Origin: Saccostrea echinata
Lineage: Eukaryota
Direction: 5' to 3'
Length of the DNA: 64,000 nucleotides
NCBI RefSeq assembly: GCF_033153115.1
Contig: NW_026889803.1
Span: 5,890,001-5,954,000, forward strand
In this document: positions 23,897 to 37,519 of the stretch, in pieces
How the letters are laid out: every line of letters begins with the position of its first letter
Numbering within the stretch: position 1 is the stretch's first letter
The notes under the pieces: generated by a model
Databases searched by the model: none
What the model was told of the DNA's origin: nothing
The model's input: the letters and a program-made list of their open reading frames with translations, nothing else
Translations under genes and position numbers: made by a program

Positions 23897-26683
23897 CTTT
23901 ATTTTTTCTACACTGCACCTAAAATAGAATTGAAAATTCCAAAATAATACTATACAATTTTTGCTGGATTTTGAGGTCAATACGATGATTTAGACACCTG
24001 AGGAGTACAATGTTTGTTTGCCCGCTACAAGCCCAGTGCATGTATTTTATCTATGAATCGGTGAATTTGTAACAAAGAGTGTGAGAGAAAATTCTAGAAT
24101 TTATATCTTTAAATTTTATTATTGATAGGTTCCAAATACTATTTTATGGGTATATAAATAGAGTAATTCAAAAAATCCAAAACCAAAAACAATACAAAAA
24201 CACTGATCTTGCAAACTGTAGAACAAGTACGTATGTCCCATCGACCCAGAATTCCATTATTGCTAACACAATTCTTTCTTTAATTCTCTGTATTTAAACT
24301 CTTATTTTAACAAAAATCAAAAGGGGGTTCGAACCCCTCTTCTAGATCCAACAAAGGAGAGTATATTGTCAAAATATGTTGGTAAAAATATTTTTTTATG
24401 ATGTACATGTATTGGTTTTTGCGTGAGAACAGCAGCAGTTTATTTTCTTCTTCATAAGCTTATAGAAGTTTTAGAAAGTAATCTATTTTTTTCCAAACAA
24501 ATCTAGATTCTGACAGGATTTTTGTCCACGTTAAACCACCATAAACAAGGGTTTGACACTTGTCGGACGATTTAGCCAATTGTAAAGGATATGATGTGTA
24601 CGTCAATTCATTTTACAGGTTATATAAAGGTTGTGTAAACCCGGATTTTAATGTGTCCCTACTTAAATCGAAAAATTGAGTCAACACTATGGTAAGATAA
24701 AATTTCTATATTTTTTTTTTACTTCAAGTTTGCAAAATTCAATGCAATTAAATATATGCGAGAAATGTATATATTTTCATTTTGATTGAAGGTTCATTTG
24801 TCATCCCCAAATTTAAATTATGCATTGCTAATTTACATCAAAATGAAATTATCTGACTTAAATTTTGGCTATAGATAAACCATACAGTAATATATAGCAT
24901 GAATTTCAGGTCGTTGTATTCTATTACATGTGCATCCGAAGTTACAACACAATTATCTTTTGATCCATTTTTTTCTCTCTGTTTTATGACCACTCTTACG
25001 CCAGTTTATTTAAACAATCTTGACACATGAGAACTGCGATTTCTGGTTTGTATCTACCAAATTCATCATTAAGTAGAGAGTCGTAAATCTCTCTTATGAA
25101 ATCTTACACAAAAGCATCTGTGCTAAGCCATACTTTCCAATGATTTTATATGAACCATTGCAAAGAGGGCAACTGCAAGTTAAAGTATTCGAATTATGCA
25201 AAGAAAGCTGGGATAGACTTCGAAGACAGCATTGGAGGTTTGGATATACCGGTATGTCACGAGCGTTTTTGCTACACAGAGTAAAGCAAAATAAATTTTT
25301 AACGTTTCTCAAAATTACATTTTTTTTTTTTGCTTTAAACAATAATTGTTTTATATAATTATTTTTTTTAATTTCATCAAAATTTTCGAACGCGCAGAAT
25401 ACTGTAAGTGGCAGCCATATTAAAGTTTCTTTGCCAGCATCATCTTTAATAAAATGATTTCGTTGGTTATTAGTGTGGGAATTAATGTTGCAGCTGTTGC
25501 AGAAAATATACATTAACAGTAACGAAAGCGGGTTATGTATTTTTTCCCGCAATAGCTACGATGGTAATTCCTGTACTAACAAACACAAAAAGGCGTGGTT
25601 TTATGGTTTATATTTATGTCTGCATAAATAAGCATATAAAGTAGGGTTAAGTGCGTTAAATATTGTATTATTGAATGTTTCACTGGTGTAAGAGCTACTG
25701 CTCAACAATTTTCACGGAACCCCTCTGATTTTATCCATCAAAACATGCATATTTTTTTTGCCCACTAACCCCCTATTATCAATTCGCATTTTGATTCTTT
25801 GTAGTTTTGATAGTTTTTGATAGTCTTCTAACATTTTTTAAAGAGAAGTTTAATTCCAGATTATAAGTTTTCAGAAAAGGAAATATGCCATTCATTGTCT
25901 ATGAAAAATCCCAAGAAGTCTGGTTTCCCGCCATATTTTCAATGCCTTGTATCTCACGTATTTATATGTTCTACTTCTTTATTTTGGTTCAGATAGTGAA
26001 TACATCTAAATTAAAATGACAAAAATTGAAAAGTTAATTCAGTGGAAGTAAATACTCTTGAATAAACGTTAAGTAATGATACATTCAGTCACAATGCATA
26101 TTTCATTACTTTGCAATGAAAAATTGTGTTATCTGTGTATTTTTTCCATCAATAAAAACATTTTAATTGTGTCCATCCCTGATTTTGTTTCAAAGTGCAC
26201 CTTGAAAGGAAAGTAATTAAAGAGCTGAAACATGCTTAAAACATTAAAATCTTCATATAAGGAAGTTCCATATATGCATGCAGTTGCCTGATTTTAACAA
26301 CAGAGCAAGTTGTTTCGAAAAAATTATGACCACACGAACGATTTCTTGTAAGGTACCTTGCTAAACAACAAAGCAACACATTTGGTTGTGTCTATCTTTC
26401 AGTTTGTTTTATTATCCTCATGTGCACCATTTTAAATAAAAAAAATTAAGAAATACATACCTAGCAGTTACTATAGCCCTACCTCTGCATCAAACTCGAT
26501 AATATAATGGTATGCATAGTTCACAGAAACTGTACTTGAACTTTTTAAAATTAAACAATTTATATTTATCTAATAATTATGCGTGCATTAATTCAGTTAT
26601 TGCTCTCATCAATACCAATGAATTGTTGCACGCATCAATGGAACCCATGGGAACAATGAAGACTTAATTATTTGCGAGAGTTA

Positions 26684-27334
26684 AGCCTCAGTCAGATTTC
26701 CCGGCCGGTGGCCGTAGACCGGTGGTAATCGGTGGTGTGAACGATGCCCCAACATCGGTCCTCATCGGCCAAGTAGTCCTCAACATCTTACACAGCGATA
26801 GGCATACCCCCGCCGATGATCGTATGGCGAGTGACTCCAGAGGGAATCATTTTTGACCGGCGTGGCACCGATTACCGGCCGGACATCGGATACATGTAGT
26901 TTTCACTGACCATCCTACAAAGCTCGGCCGGTGACGCTCATACATTGGTGAACATCATTCGTGCATCAGTCGATTATGGGCCAATGTTTGGTCGAACATC
27001 GACAGATGATCGGTCGATGTCTGTTGCCCACCACTCACCCCCGATGACCTCAGATTCAACGGAACTGGAGGATGCTCGGCCATACATCGGCCAATCCTTG
27101 AAAGATGTGTTAATGATGGGTTGCCGATGAGGAGCGATGTGGGGCATCGGTGGAGACATCACTGATTTTTCACTACAACTAATTTTCTCCCGATGACCCC
27201 CACCGATTCGCCCGATGGCCTCTGTCACCGTCCGATTACCATATGGGTGTCCGGCCGGCAACCGCACCATTTTTATCAAAAAACGCATCGGTTGCCCATC
27301 GTATACCCCATCGCTGGATAATGTGACTGATACT
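26684..27334. mobile_element. GC-rich Harbinger-like MITE
   Basis: Ends AGCCTCAGTCAGATT / AATGTGACTGATACT; left flank TTA, right flank TTT; CpG-rich interior. Confidence 0.55.
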
Positions 27335-27343
27335 TTTGAGTAA

Positions 27344-27885
27344 TGCCTAGGTCACATTTAAGCCGAAGGTCGGGCGACCAAATTTTTCTCGTATCGTCGG
27401 CTGAAAAACATGATTGGGCGACGCGGAGCAGTCACATTAATTCCTAGGAACACCCATAATTTTCAAAAATTAAATAATTCTATGTCGGCGAACAGTCACC
27501 GATCATCATTCGTTAAGCCACAGTTTGATTTTCACCGTCGGGCGATATTTACGAAAACCCAATTCCTAAATGTCGACAGACCGACGACCGACTTAACGAA
27601 CTCTCTGCCGATGGTCGGACGATGATCGAAGGTTAGTCGATGGACTGTTCAATGACTGCTTCATTTTAAGGAATCGGCCACCGACGCAGAAAAAAATAGG
27701 AAAAAAATATTTAAAAAAAAAAAAAAACATGGCCCGACAGACACAAAATTGGTCGGTCGACGAAAAAAGAGGTCAAAATCGGGCAAGACAACGACCGATG
27801 AACAGCCGACTGTCGCCCGAAGAATCCTATTTTTTGCCTCAAAAACCGTCGGCCGTTGGTCCTTTTTGGAATTGTGACTGAGGTT
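27344..27885. mobile_element. GC-rich Harbinger-like MITE with TAA TSD
   Basis: TAA|TGCCTAGGTCACATT ... ATTGTGACTGAGGTT|TAA. Confidence 0.6.
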
Positions 27886-27944
27886 TAACAAGAATTAAAG
27901 AGAGAAAGAGAGAGGGAGGGAGAGAGAAATGCAAGACATGGTGT

Positions 27945-28470
27945 GCGCGCAATTCAGTTGATCAGAGCAATGCTGAATTGATTTCCATTTGTTTTCTCGA
28001 TCATCAATTCAGTTGAGCTCAGTTGAGCTCAACAATGTGGTGGAATTATTGCTTTTGAAAGCAAAAATTGATTCATGCATCGGTATAAACGATTTGTTGA
28101 TCTTTTTATCTTTAGTTGTCTTACAACGATTTTGATGTAGGAATTAATGCGCACTTCAATTCTTTTAGGGAGAACAATAATTTGATTGAAGAGATCTTCA
28201 TTCAATTTATCTAACTGGAGATGTCGCAAATTTAAAAATAGTTCCTTTTTCTAGAAGAATTGTTAATGATATTTTAATTCACTTGAAGAGAGCAGTAATT
28301 CAATTATCATAAATATCATTAATTAATTGAATTGATGTGTACAGTAATTCACTTGAAGATGGCAGTAATTCAGCCAATTCGCGTATGAATTGAAGTATTG
28401 CTCACTTCAATTAAAATTAATTAAATTGATGATATCATTTATTTATTTAAGAGTGCAACGTTTCTATTAT
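27945..28470. repeat. Degenerate short-period (~21-22 bp) repeat tract, probably MITE-derived
   Basis: Recurrent AATTGA / TTGAAGAG / TAATTCA words; a similar tract lies at ~36810-37260. Confidence 0.4.
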
Positions 28471-29063
28471 CAAATTGACAAGAATTAGAGAAATTGGCAA
28501 ATCAGCAAATACTCATACATGTATTTCAATAAAAATTGGCATATATGTGAACGATATCAATATACATACACTGTAATTTAGTACATCGATTTAATTTTGA
28601 TAAACAATATTGTTATAGTTAATGGTAAATTTAGTTTATAAATTCCTCTAAAAAGCTATTCTTCCTCAATTTCTGAGTTGAATTAAATAATATGCTCTAA
28701 TCACATCTTTATCCTTGTCATAATATTCAAATTTTATGCGATGCTTTATATTTGGCGATTCAAAGTAGAACGCAATGAAATTGTCAGATCAATATCATAA
28801 TGAGAAAAAAAAATCAAGTACGACTTTGAAACCATGTAGCAGTTTGCCTTGGGATTGGGTTTCACATATAGATATCCACTTGTAAACGAATAAAACATAT
28901 TTTATTATATCAGTATTTTGACCTCATTTAAAAGTAAAATATGTAGTTTCGAACTTTTTTGGAAATTATTGTTATTTTTAGTATACATTGTAATATACTT
29001 AATTAATAATTTTTAAAATAAACACTCCTTTTTGTACACTAGACCAAAGAACTCTGCGTCACA

Positions 29064-32000
29064 ATGGATGTAGAAGACAATCCGTCTTCGCTTTTAGAAT
29101 CGGAATCTGACAATTCTAGTCCCCAGGATCGGCCGGTATGGAATCGAAAAATAGAATACCTTTTATCTTTATTTGGTTACAGCGTTGGACTGGGTAATAT
29201 CTGGAGATTTCCATATCTTTGTATGCGAAACGGAGGAGGTAGGTGTTTTATATGTTGTAGAATTGAAAAAGATTTGTAATATTAATGTTAATTGAATAGG
29301 ACTTGAATAAAATGGGCTAAATGAATTTGTGCAATGATCCGTGAAAAAGCTAAATATATGCATGGACAGAAAGTATAAATTATTTCAGCTTTTATGAGGG
29401 AATGATTAGTGCCAATTAAACTTGACATTGAAATGTGAAGATAACGAACCAGGCCATTATCATTCTCAGATGTTGTGAGCAGGGCAAGAAGGCTTCTGAA
29501 AATATCAGAGTTGGGATTATTGTGCTTTTTAACATGGTATATTGAAAAGAATGGTAAAAAATATCTTAATTTGCGAAAGACCCAAACATTTCATAGAAAA
29601 ATAAATCGAATGTTGAGATATACATTCTACAGGTGCTTTCTTGGTCCCTTTCTTTGTCCTGTTATTTTTCTGTGGAGTTCCTCTTTACTTCTTGGAAGTT
29701 TCTCTGGGACAGTTTGCTGGGAAAAGTCCAGTGGTAGTGTGGTCTATTTCTCCCTTATTTACAGGTAATACCATAAAATACTGTGCACCTTTTTTATGAA
29801 TATTATTTTTTAAAAAAAGATGGATTAAGTCTTTATAAACGAAGACAAAGGTATTAATAATTGAAATCTGACATATAGATACACAGATGTGATATAACCT
29901 GTTTGTTCAGTTAACCGCATAATGAATGCTAATTATTTCAAAGTATTCTAATTTTAAAAAAAATGATGATAATTTCTTTTTGGAATTCATCTGATTTTTT
30001 TTATTTCAGCTTCGTACAATGGATTTTTTTTTTATCGAAATGAAAGATGTTCAAGACATTGAATCACATTTGCATCTTAAGAAATATTTATTCTTAAGAA
30101 TTATGATAAGATATTGAAGGCTTTCAATATTTGCTTATTCTGTATGTGGTGTTTTAGGACTCGGATGGCTCATGATGATAATCTCCTTAGTGGTCTCGTG
30201 GTACTACAATACGGTCATTGCTTGGGTTATCTATTACTTTGTCCATTCATTCTTTCCAAATATCCCATGGGCCACATGTGATAACTGGTGGAACACAGAA
30301 AAGTGTATTGTCAGCCTCAAGGATAGATCAAGTTTAAACAACTCTCTTCCACTGATGAACCAGTCTTTGGTAGCAGCTGTTATTATAAGTCAAAACGAAT
30401 CCCTCTACTCATCCAACGTGTCCTATGTCAGTCAGAATTTGACTTATAACACTGCAGCGTATGAATTCTGGGAGTATGTTTCTATTAAGAAGATTAATTT
30501 ATTTCATGTTTCAGAGAAGATTGTATTGCAAACCGAAAGAGATCCTGGTCACGGCACCAAAACTATCACGTAATTTTTTTTTTATAAATTGTATACGCCA
30601 TTTAGAACTGAATAGTTATAATTTGAAATTTTCCCATAACTTTTAGGTATAATGTCCTTAGGCGTTCTGAAGGCATAGAGTATCCTGGTTTGGTTCAATG
30701 GCACCTCGTTTTAGTTCTGTTTGCTTCTTGGCTATTGACGTTTGTATGCCTTCTCAAAGGTGTACATTCAGTTGGAAAGGTACACTTGTAGTGTTGATTT
30801 ATGCTTGCATTATTCATACATTCTTGTAAACTGTAATGGGTTTTAAGTTAAATTCCATAAATTATATCTTAAATCAACACAACAGTTATCTGAACTACAT
30901 GATACGAAGACTTTTTTCTTCAAATACATTGGAATCTTTCAGGAATAATTCGGATAATTTTCTTTCAAGTTTGCTATATGCAATTTATTTAAGGTTGTGT
31001 ACGTGACAGTAACTTTTCCATACATACTGTTGACAATTATTCTCATCCGTGGCCTGACGCTTGATGGAGCTATAGATGGAGTACTTTTCTATTTGAAACC
31101 AGATTTTTCCAAAGTTTTAAACTTTCAAGTAAGCATTTTACGAAATGTGAATGTGTACGATAAAAAATTGCTGAACATTTTAGCGAAGAGCACTCATCAT
31201 TTTTCATTAAAATACGTTGTCCACGGTTAACTAGACAATTCTCATACGTTCTAGCCAAATGGCTTAAACTACTTGTATTAGTATTTTGATATCTTGGGTA
31301 TTTTTTAAAGATTTATTTCGTTTGAAGGTGTGGGTTGAGGCGGGAATGCAAGTTTTCTTTTCTCTTGGTCCTGCTTGGGGAGGACTCATCACAATGTCAA
31401 GTTTCAATAAGTTTAACAACAAGTGCATGAAGTGAGTATATCATGCGTATAATAAATGAACAAAGATTCGATCTATATAAAAACATTGACTTTTCTGATT
31501 TGTTTGTCGATTTTTAACAGGGATGCCTGGTATGGTACGTTGGCTGATGGTCTGACAAGCTTCTACGCTGGCTTTGTTGTCTTCTCTATTTTGGGATTTA
31601 TGGCTCACAATGTCGACATGACAATGGAAGAAATTTNNNNNNNNNNNNNNNNNNNNNNNNNNNNNNNNNNNNNNNNNNNNNNNNNNNNNNNNNNNNNNNN
31701 NNNNNNNNNNNNNNNNNNNNNNNNNNNNNNNNNNNNNNNNNNNNNNNNNNNNNNNNNNNNNNNNNNNNNNNNNNNNNTGCTGTGTAAGTAAGTACATGTG
31801 TATTATATTTTGTCAGGACCTGGACTGGTGTTTATAGCATACCCAGAAGCCTTAACAAAACTCCCGATGCCACATCTGTGGGGGGTCCTGTTTTTCCTCA
31901 TGTTGATTACTGTCGGAGTTGACAGCCAGGTAAGTAAATACTATTATCAATCTCTATTTATATCACGGGGAACCGTTCCCCCCATGATTTTTTTTTTACA

Positions 32001-34194
32001 AAATGAAATCCATGAAAGTAAGNNNNNNNNNNNNNNNNNNNNNNNNNNNNNNNNNNNNNNNNNNNNNNNNNNNNNNNNNNNNNNNNNNNNNNNNNNNNNN
32101 NNNNNNNNNNNNNNNNNNNNNNNNNNNNNNNNNNNNNNNNNNNNNNNNNNNNNNNNNNTATTTTTATAAACCTTCATTTTCAGTTCGGAATGTTTGAAAC
32201 TGTTGCTAGTGGGCTAGCGGACATATTCCCTAAGCAGTTGAATTCGAGAAAAGTCCAGACAACGGCCATTTTGTGTGTCGTTCTCTTTTTGCTGGGAATT
32301 CCTTTCACAACTAATGTAAATTTTAATATAATAAAAGCGTTTTAGTTTGTATTATCAAGACATCTTTATAGCATTTTCATATACATATACATGCACTCTA
32401 AATTCACTGATGGGGGGTTGTAATTTTCGGTGACCAGGAAATCACATTCCCAGGAACCAATGTTTTTCCTAAAATCAAGAATTTTGTTCCCACGACAATA
32501 AGTTATCTTACAGTGCATTCAATAGTAAAAAGGAAATACGAAAAGGCTTCAAACATCGTAATTTTCTCGCTTTTTGTTTGTCTTACAAATTTCGTAAACA
32601 TACGTATAGTGTAAGAACACTCGAAATATACTAAATATCACTTTCTATTTTATGTCTAGGGAGGAATATTCATTTTCCAGCTGATAGACTGGTACGCTTC
32701 CACTTTCTGCATTATGTTTGGTTCATTCTTAGAATGTGTCGTTATTGCATGGGTCTATGGTAAGGAAAAGAACGTTGATACAAACTTTATACAGTGCATA
32801 AATGAATTTGAATTGAAATATGATTTTAACCATTTCAGGGTTGTAACAGAAATTTTGATACATCAATGCTAATGGTTACAGGTGCAGAGCGCTTCAGTCG
32901 AGACGTAGAGCTGATGATAGGAAGACGTGTCCCCCTCCCCATGAGGATAAGTTGGTGTATAGTTACACCATTATTTATGTTGGTAAGATGATATTAATAA
33001 AAAGAATTCATTTTGTTGTGTTGAGGGACATGTTAGTAAACTTTAATAACGAAGCCAGAGTATTGGGAGAAAATTTCAGTTTCAGATTTGTAGGAACACG
33101 AAAATTCCGTAAGTCCTGGTGAGACTACCCAGAAATTGCAAACATGCTTAACTGAGTATACAGTGAACTTCAATGAAGCTCTTAAGAACTTTTGTTAATG
33201 CTTACTACATACCAGTACGTATTTTTTTTTTATAATTCTGTCCATATAATTAATCTTTGGAACTATCACTTGTTCTTTGAAAGTATCAATAGAAAAAAGT
33301 GATTTAAAGTGTGTGCCCAATGTAAGGCTTTTTATGAATTATTTTTTCTCCTAATTAACAGAAAGAAATATAAAAGATTACTTTTCTGTCTTTGAAGGTG
33401 CTATTTCTGATGTCAATGATTATGTATGCCCCACCAAACTCAGCTAGTTATACGTATCCAGAATTCGCCATTGGAATCGGTCAGTTTTTCGCCATACTCC
33501 CTCTGTTACCAATACCAGTACTGATGATTTGGCAACTCCTTCGATCCAAGGGACCATTCACTAAGGTATCATGTAATTCAAAGTTGAGAATAATGGATGC
33601 AATGTACACGTATAATCCAGATTTACTGTATGCAATGTACATTATCTTAAATCGAAGGATAAGAAGAATTTGATCCTAGAATTCTGTTGCTTGCTCTTGT
33701 TTCTAAGTTTTTGGCACCACCTTAAGGTCTGGGTGAAGAGGAAAGATCAATTACGTACGGACATGTATGGTAGACTTTTCATCAACATTATTACATTTAG
33801 GGGCGAGCCAAAAAAATGCACATGTATACGAAATCTATCTATTTTGAATTTTTTCCCTTCTTAACGTTTTGAAAACTATCTTGAACAATTTCACACCCAT
33901 AATTATGATGACAAATTATCCATTAATCAAAATTTTTATGACATCTGGATAAGGGGTTATGTACGGTGACGGAATTTAGATGACCATACCAGTACACCAA
34001 AATATTATAATATCGTTTGCTTTTTGTTTTAGTATATATTACACCATCTTCTATTGCAGAGGATAAAGACTCTTGCTCGTCCGGATTCCAGCTGGGGACC
34101 TAACAGTAAACGTCACTGGCAGACGTACAAAATGTATGAATATAAGGGTGGACTAATAAACAGAATCAAAGTGAATCTACTGGGAGATAATTAA
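29064..34194 (+). CDS. SLC6 (neurotransmitter:sodium symporter) amino-acid transporter, glycine/proline-transporter-like; 13 coding exons
   Basis: GT-AG exons 29064-29238, 29633-29764, 30158-30473, 30647-30779, 30994-31128, 31328-31431, 31521->31636 (runs into gap), 31817-31929, 32184-32315, 32660-32759, 32882-32982, 33398-33565, 34060-34194. Motifs [82 protein letters not shown]. Confidence 0.95.
31637..31777. other. Assembly gap (hides the end of SLC6 exon 7)
   Basis: N run. Confidence 1.
32023..32158. other. Assembly gap
   Basis: N run. Confidence 1.
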
Positions 34195-35017
34195 AATTAT
34201 AATGTATTTTAGAATATATTTATTGCTCTGCAGTCAAGCTGATGCAAAGGAAATATAGAAATTTTAATATTGTGTGGCATTTTATAAATATTTATTAAAG
34301 CAGCTATAATCTTATTAATAAAAGATAACTTTATTCTGTTTTTTCATAAGTCAGTAGAATAATAACATTTCACATATCACTATGATTTGTATATTGTAAC
34401 ATAGTGCCAAGTGTCATTTACAAAAAAGAAAGATATTTCTTACGTATTTGCATACTTGACATTTTGCAAAAGGATTCTATAGGTTGGGAGTAAAATCAAA
34501 TCCAAGAATGTTAACTAAAGTTGATTACAATATCCAACATCATGAACATTGATCTTCCAAATACAGTTAAGTAATTGGTTTGCATGTAATTTCATTATTC
34601 AAACGAATCTAAGTGTGAATTAAATAGCCATTTTTGTAGATGTGATTCGTACAAAAATAATTCCGTAATTCTTGGAAAAGAGTATTAGGTATAAGTTATG
34701 CTTTTCGATATTTTTTGTCTATATTTATCGTTTGTATTCTAAATTTCGACCGTATCTGAAGATGATCACTATGTGTGGTTTTCCACTGAAGCAGCCATTT
34801 GCTGGCTCATTAGGTGTCTGCCACGAACAGTGGGTACATGTATATCGTACACTCCTTGACTAAGAATTTGTAACAATCATTCATGTAGATGTCACATCTA
34901 ATTAATCAAAAACCTTGATCAAGTCCAATGTTCCTCAGCATAGAGTTTAGATCAAGGTACGAGATGGATCAGAGTTTTGCTGTATGATTATAGATTTTTC
35001 CACTACACTGAATATTA

Positions 35018-36523
35018 CGGTGGTACATTTAGGACACGTAATTATTTTTTTTTTAAGATACCAGGAAATATTTATCTCGTGAAAGCGAAAAATTATCTCA
35101 TGAAAACGACATAATATCTCGTGAAAACGACTTATTTTCTAGTTTTAACGACATAATATCTCGTTTTAACGACATAATATCTCGTGAAAATAACATAATA
35201 TCTCGTGAAAACGACTTATTTTCTCGTTTTAACGACATAATATCTCGTGAAAACAACATATTAACTTGTGAAAACGACTTATTATCTCGTGAAAACGAAA
35301 TAATATTTTGTGAAATCGACTTATTTTCTCCTTTTCACGAGATATTATCTCGTGAAAACGAGATATAATGTCATGAAAACGACTTATTATCTCGTGGAAA
35401 CGAGAAATTATCTCGTGAAAACGAGATATAATCTTGTGTGAATTAAATTTTAGAAAATCACATTATTTCCCAAAATTGATTATTTTTCCCCAATTTCACT
35501 TACATACTTATAATATATGGATCGTGCTTTCTTTCATAACCAAGTATTTTTCTGCAGCTAGATTTGAGAAACTATTTCTACTGGTATATTGTATTGTTAG
35601 CTACATTAATCAATATCCTTCTGACAAGACAATGTGCTATCCTGAAATACTTATTATTGCCTTTTCAAATCTATTTGTTAGTGATTGAGATAGATGACAA
35701 TAAATATGTTAATATAATGTTATATATTATCAAATAAAAGTTGCATTGAGCATGTACTAAGTTACACATCCATAGTTACATTAAAATTATACATTATTAT
35801 ATTGTATAACCCTGTACAACTTCAATCAAAATTTCCCCTATACCTGAGCTTAAGATACAGGTCAAGTTTGAGTTTCATTCCTGTTGATCAAATTAAAAAG
35901 AGTTATGACCATATTTGCCATTTTTTTTCAAACTGTTTTACATAACATACATTTGCTGAATATCAACGTTGGTTTGGATCTAGTCTCCTTAATGCGACAT
36001 TTTTTTTTATCTAGGAGCTGTAGTTTTTGTATTCTAAAATTTCTAAATGTTTTTTAAATGATCTTTGAAACCAAAATGAAAGCATTCCTTAATGACATCC
36101 TCTCTTGTACACTCTTCATCCGTATTTGACAACGAATAGCAAAATACTAAATCAGGTTGTTTAATGTATGTAAAAAAATTTAAAGTCGAAAAAATATGTC
36201 GTTTTCACGAGATAATATGTCGTTTTCACGAGATAATATGTCGTTTTTACGAGATATTACCTCGTTTTCACGAGATAATATGTCGTTTTCACGACATAAT
36301 ATCTCGTTTTCACGAGATAATATCTCGTGAAAACGACATATTATCTCGTGAAAACGAGATAATATCTCGTGAAAACGACATATTATCTCGTGAAAACGAG
36401 ATAATATGTCGTTTTCACGAGATAATATGTCGTTTTCACGAGATAATAAGTCGTTTTCACGAGATAAAAAAAATTTTCCTGGTATATTCAAAAAAATAAT
36501 TACGTGTCCTAAAAGTACCACCG
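35018..36523. mobile_element. TA-flanked TIR element with inverted 21-bp subterminal arrays
   Basis: TA|CGGTGGTACATTTAGGACACGTAATTATTTT ... AAAATAATTACGTGTCCTAAAAGTACCACCG|TA; (GAGATAATATCTCGTGAAAAC)n at ~35070-35435 and ~36190-36470. Confidence 0.9.
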
Positions 36524-37519
36524 TAGAATGTGAAAAACCCGATTCTTCATAAAAAAGGATAATTTGTAAAAATATGTCGACATTAGTATGAAGATGTTTA
36601 TGAGGTTACCAGGTTCCCTTTTAAAGCTTTGTTCCGGTCTGTCGTCTTGTCTGAAGCTACTGAAGTAATTTGATGTAGTGTGTCTTGCCCGGGTAAAGAA
36701 AACAAAATTTGTTTATCTATCAGAAGGTGTCATTCATACAGAGGTTTGAACTGGGTGAACTTCCATGCGGAAAAGTACACGAAAATTGCAGGCGTAGGAA
36801 AATAATGAGCGTATCAATAATTATTCAATTATAAGATCATTAATCGAATCATGAATATGTTGAAGATATTGCTTATTAAATTGTTGTTTCTCTCTCTAAA
36901 AAAAAGATTTAATTATTGAATCAACAATGTCATTTATTCAATTGAAGGGAGGAATAATTAATTATTTATTGAGCGCATTAATTGAAAAGACGCGCACAAT
37001 TTATTTCAATTTAAGAGCGTAATAATTTATTTGATGCGCGCAATAAATGAATGAATTGCTGTCTTCGATGGAATTAGTGGGTATTAATACAATTGTTATC
37101 ATTAATTTAATTAATGGGAGCATGTGCGCATCAATTAAGGATTGTAGATGTCATTAATTATTGAAGAGGTATTGGTATTCAATTGAATTGCGCGCTTCAA
37201 ACGAATTGAGGATATCTTCAAATAATCAAAGATATGTTCAATTTATTTCAATTATTCAAGTTTACATTAATTTGGCACTTCGTTTATCCATACGAGAAAT
37301 ACCTGAAGTTTTAATCAAATACATACAAGGTACAATGTATATGTTGTAGTAGTTATAAATTATTGCAGGACTAGTACAGTTATTGCTCCCTTATTGTTTT
37401 AGATTTCAGACACCTTCCGTGTAGTTATTTCTTTGAAAATCAAACAAAGAAACTGTAATTATTTTCTCGAAAGTTCAATTGCCCCTTGTTGTATTCATGA
37501 AATGTGACCATGCTCAAAA

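Noticed and set aside
23645-23947. 100-aa ORF with (YI)n
   Set aside because: Artefact of the (TA)n microsatellite.
35070-35435. Short regularly spaced repeats as a CRISPR array
   Set aside because: No unique spacers and no cas genes; eukaryotic context; lies inside a TIR element.
36164-36521. ORFs with heptad repeats (RFHEIIC / SRENDIL)
   Set aside because: They are translations of the 21-bp MITE array, open on both strands by chance.
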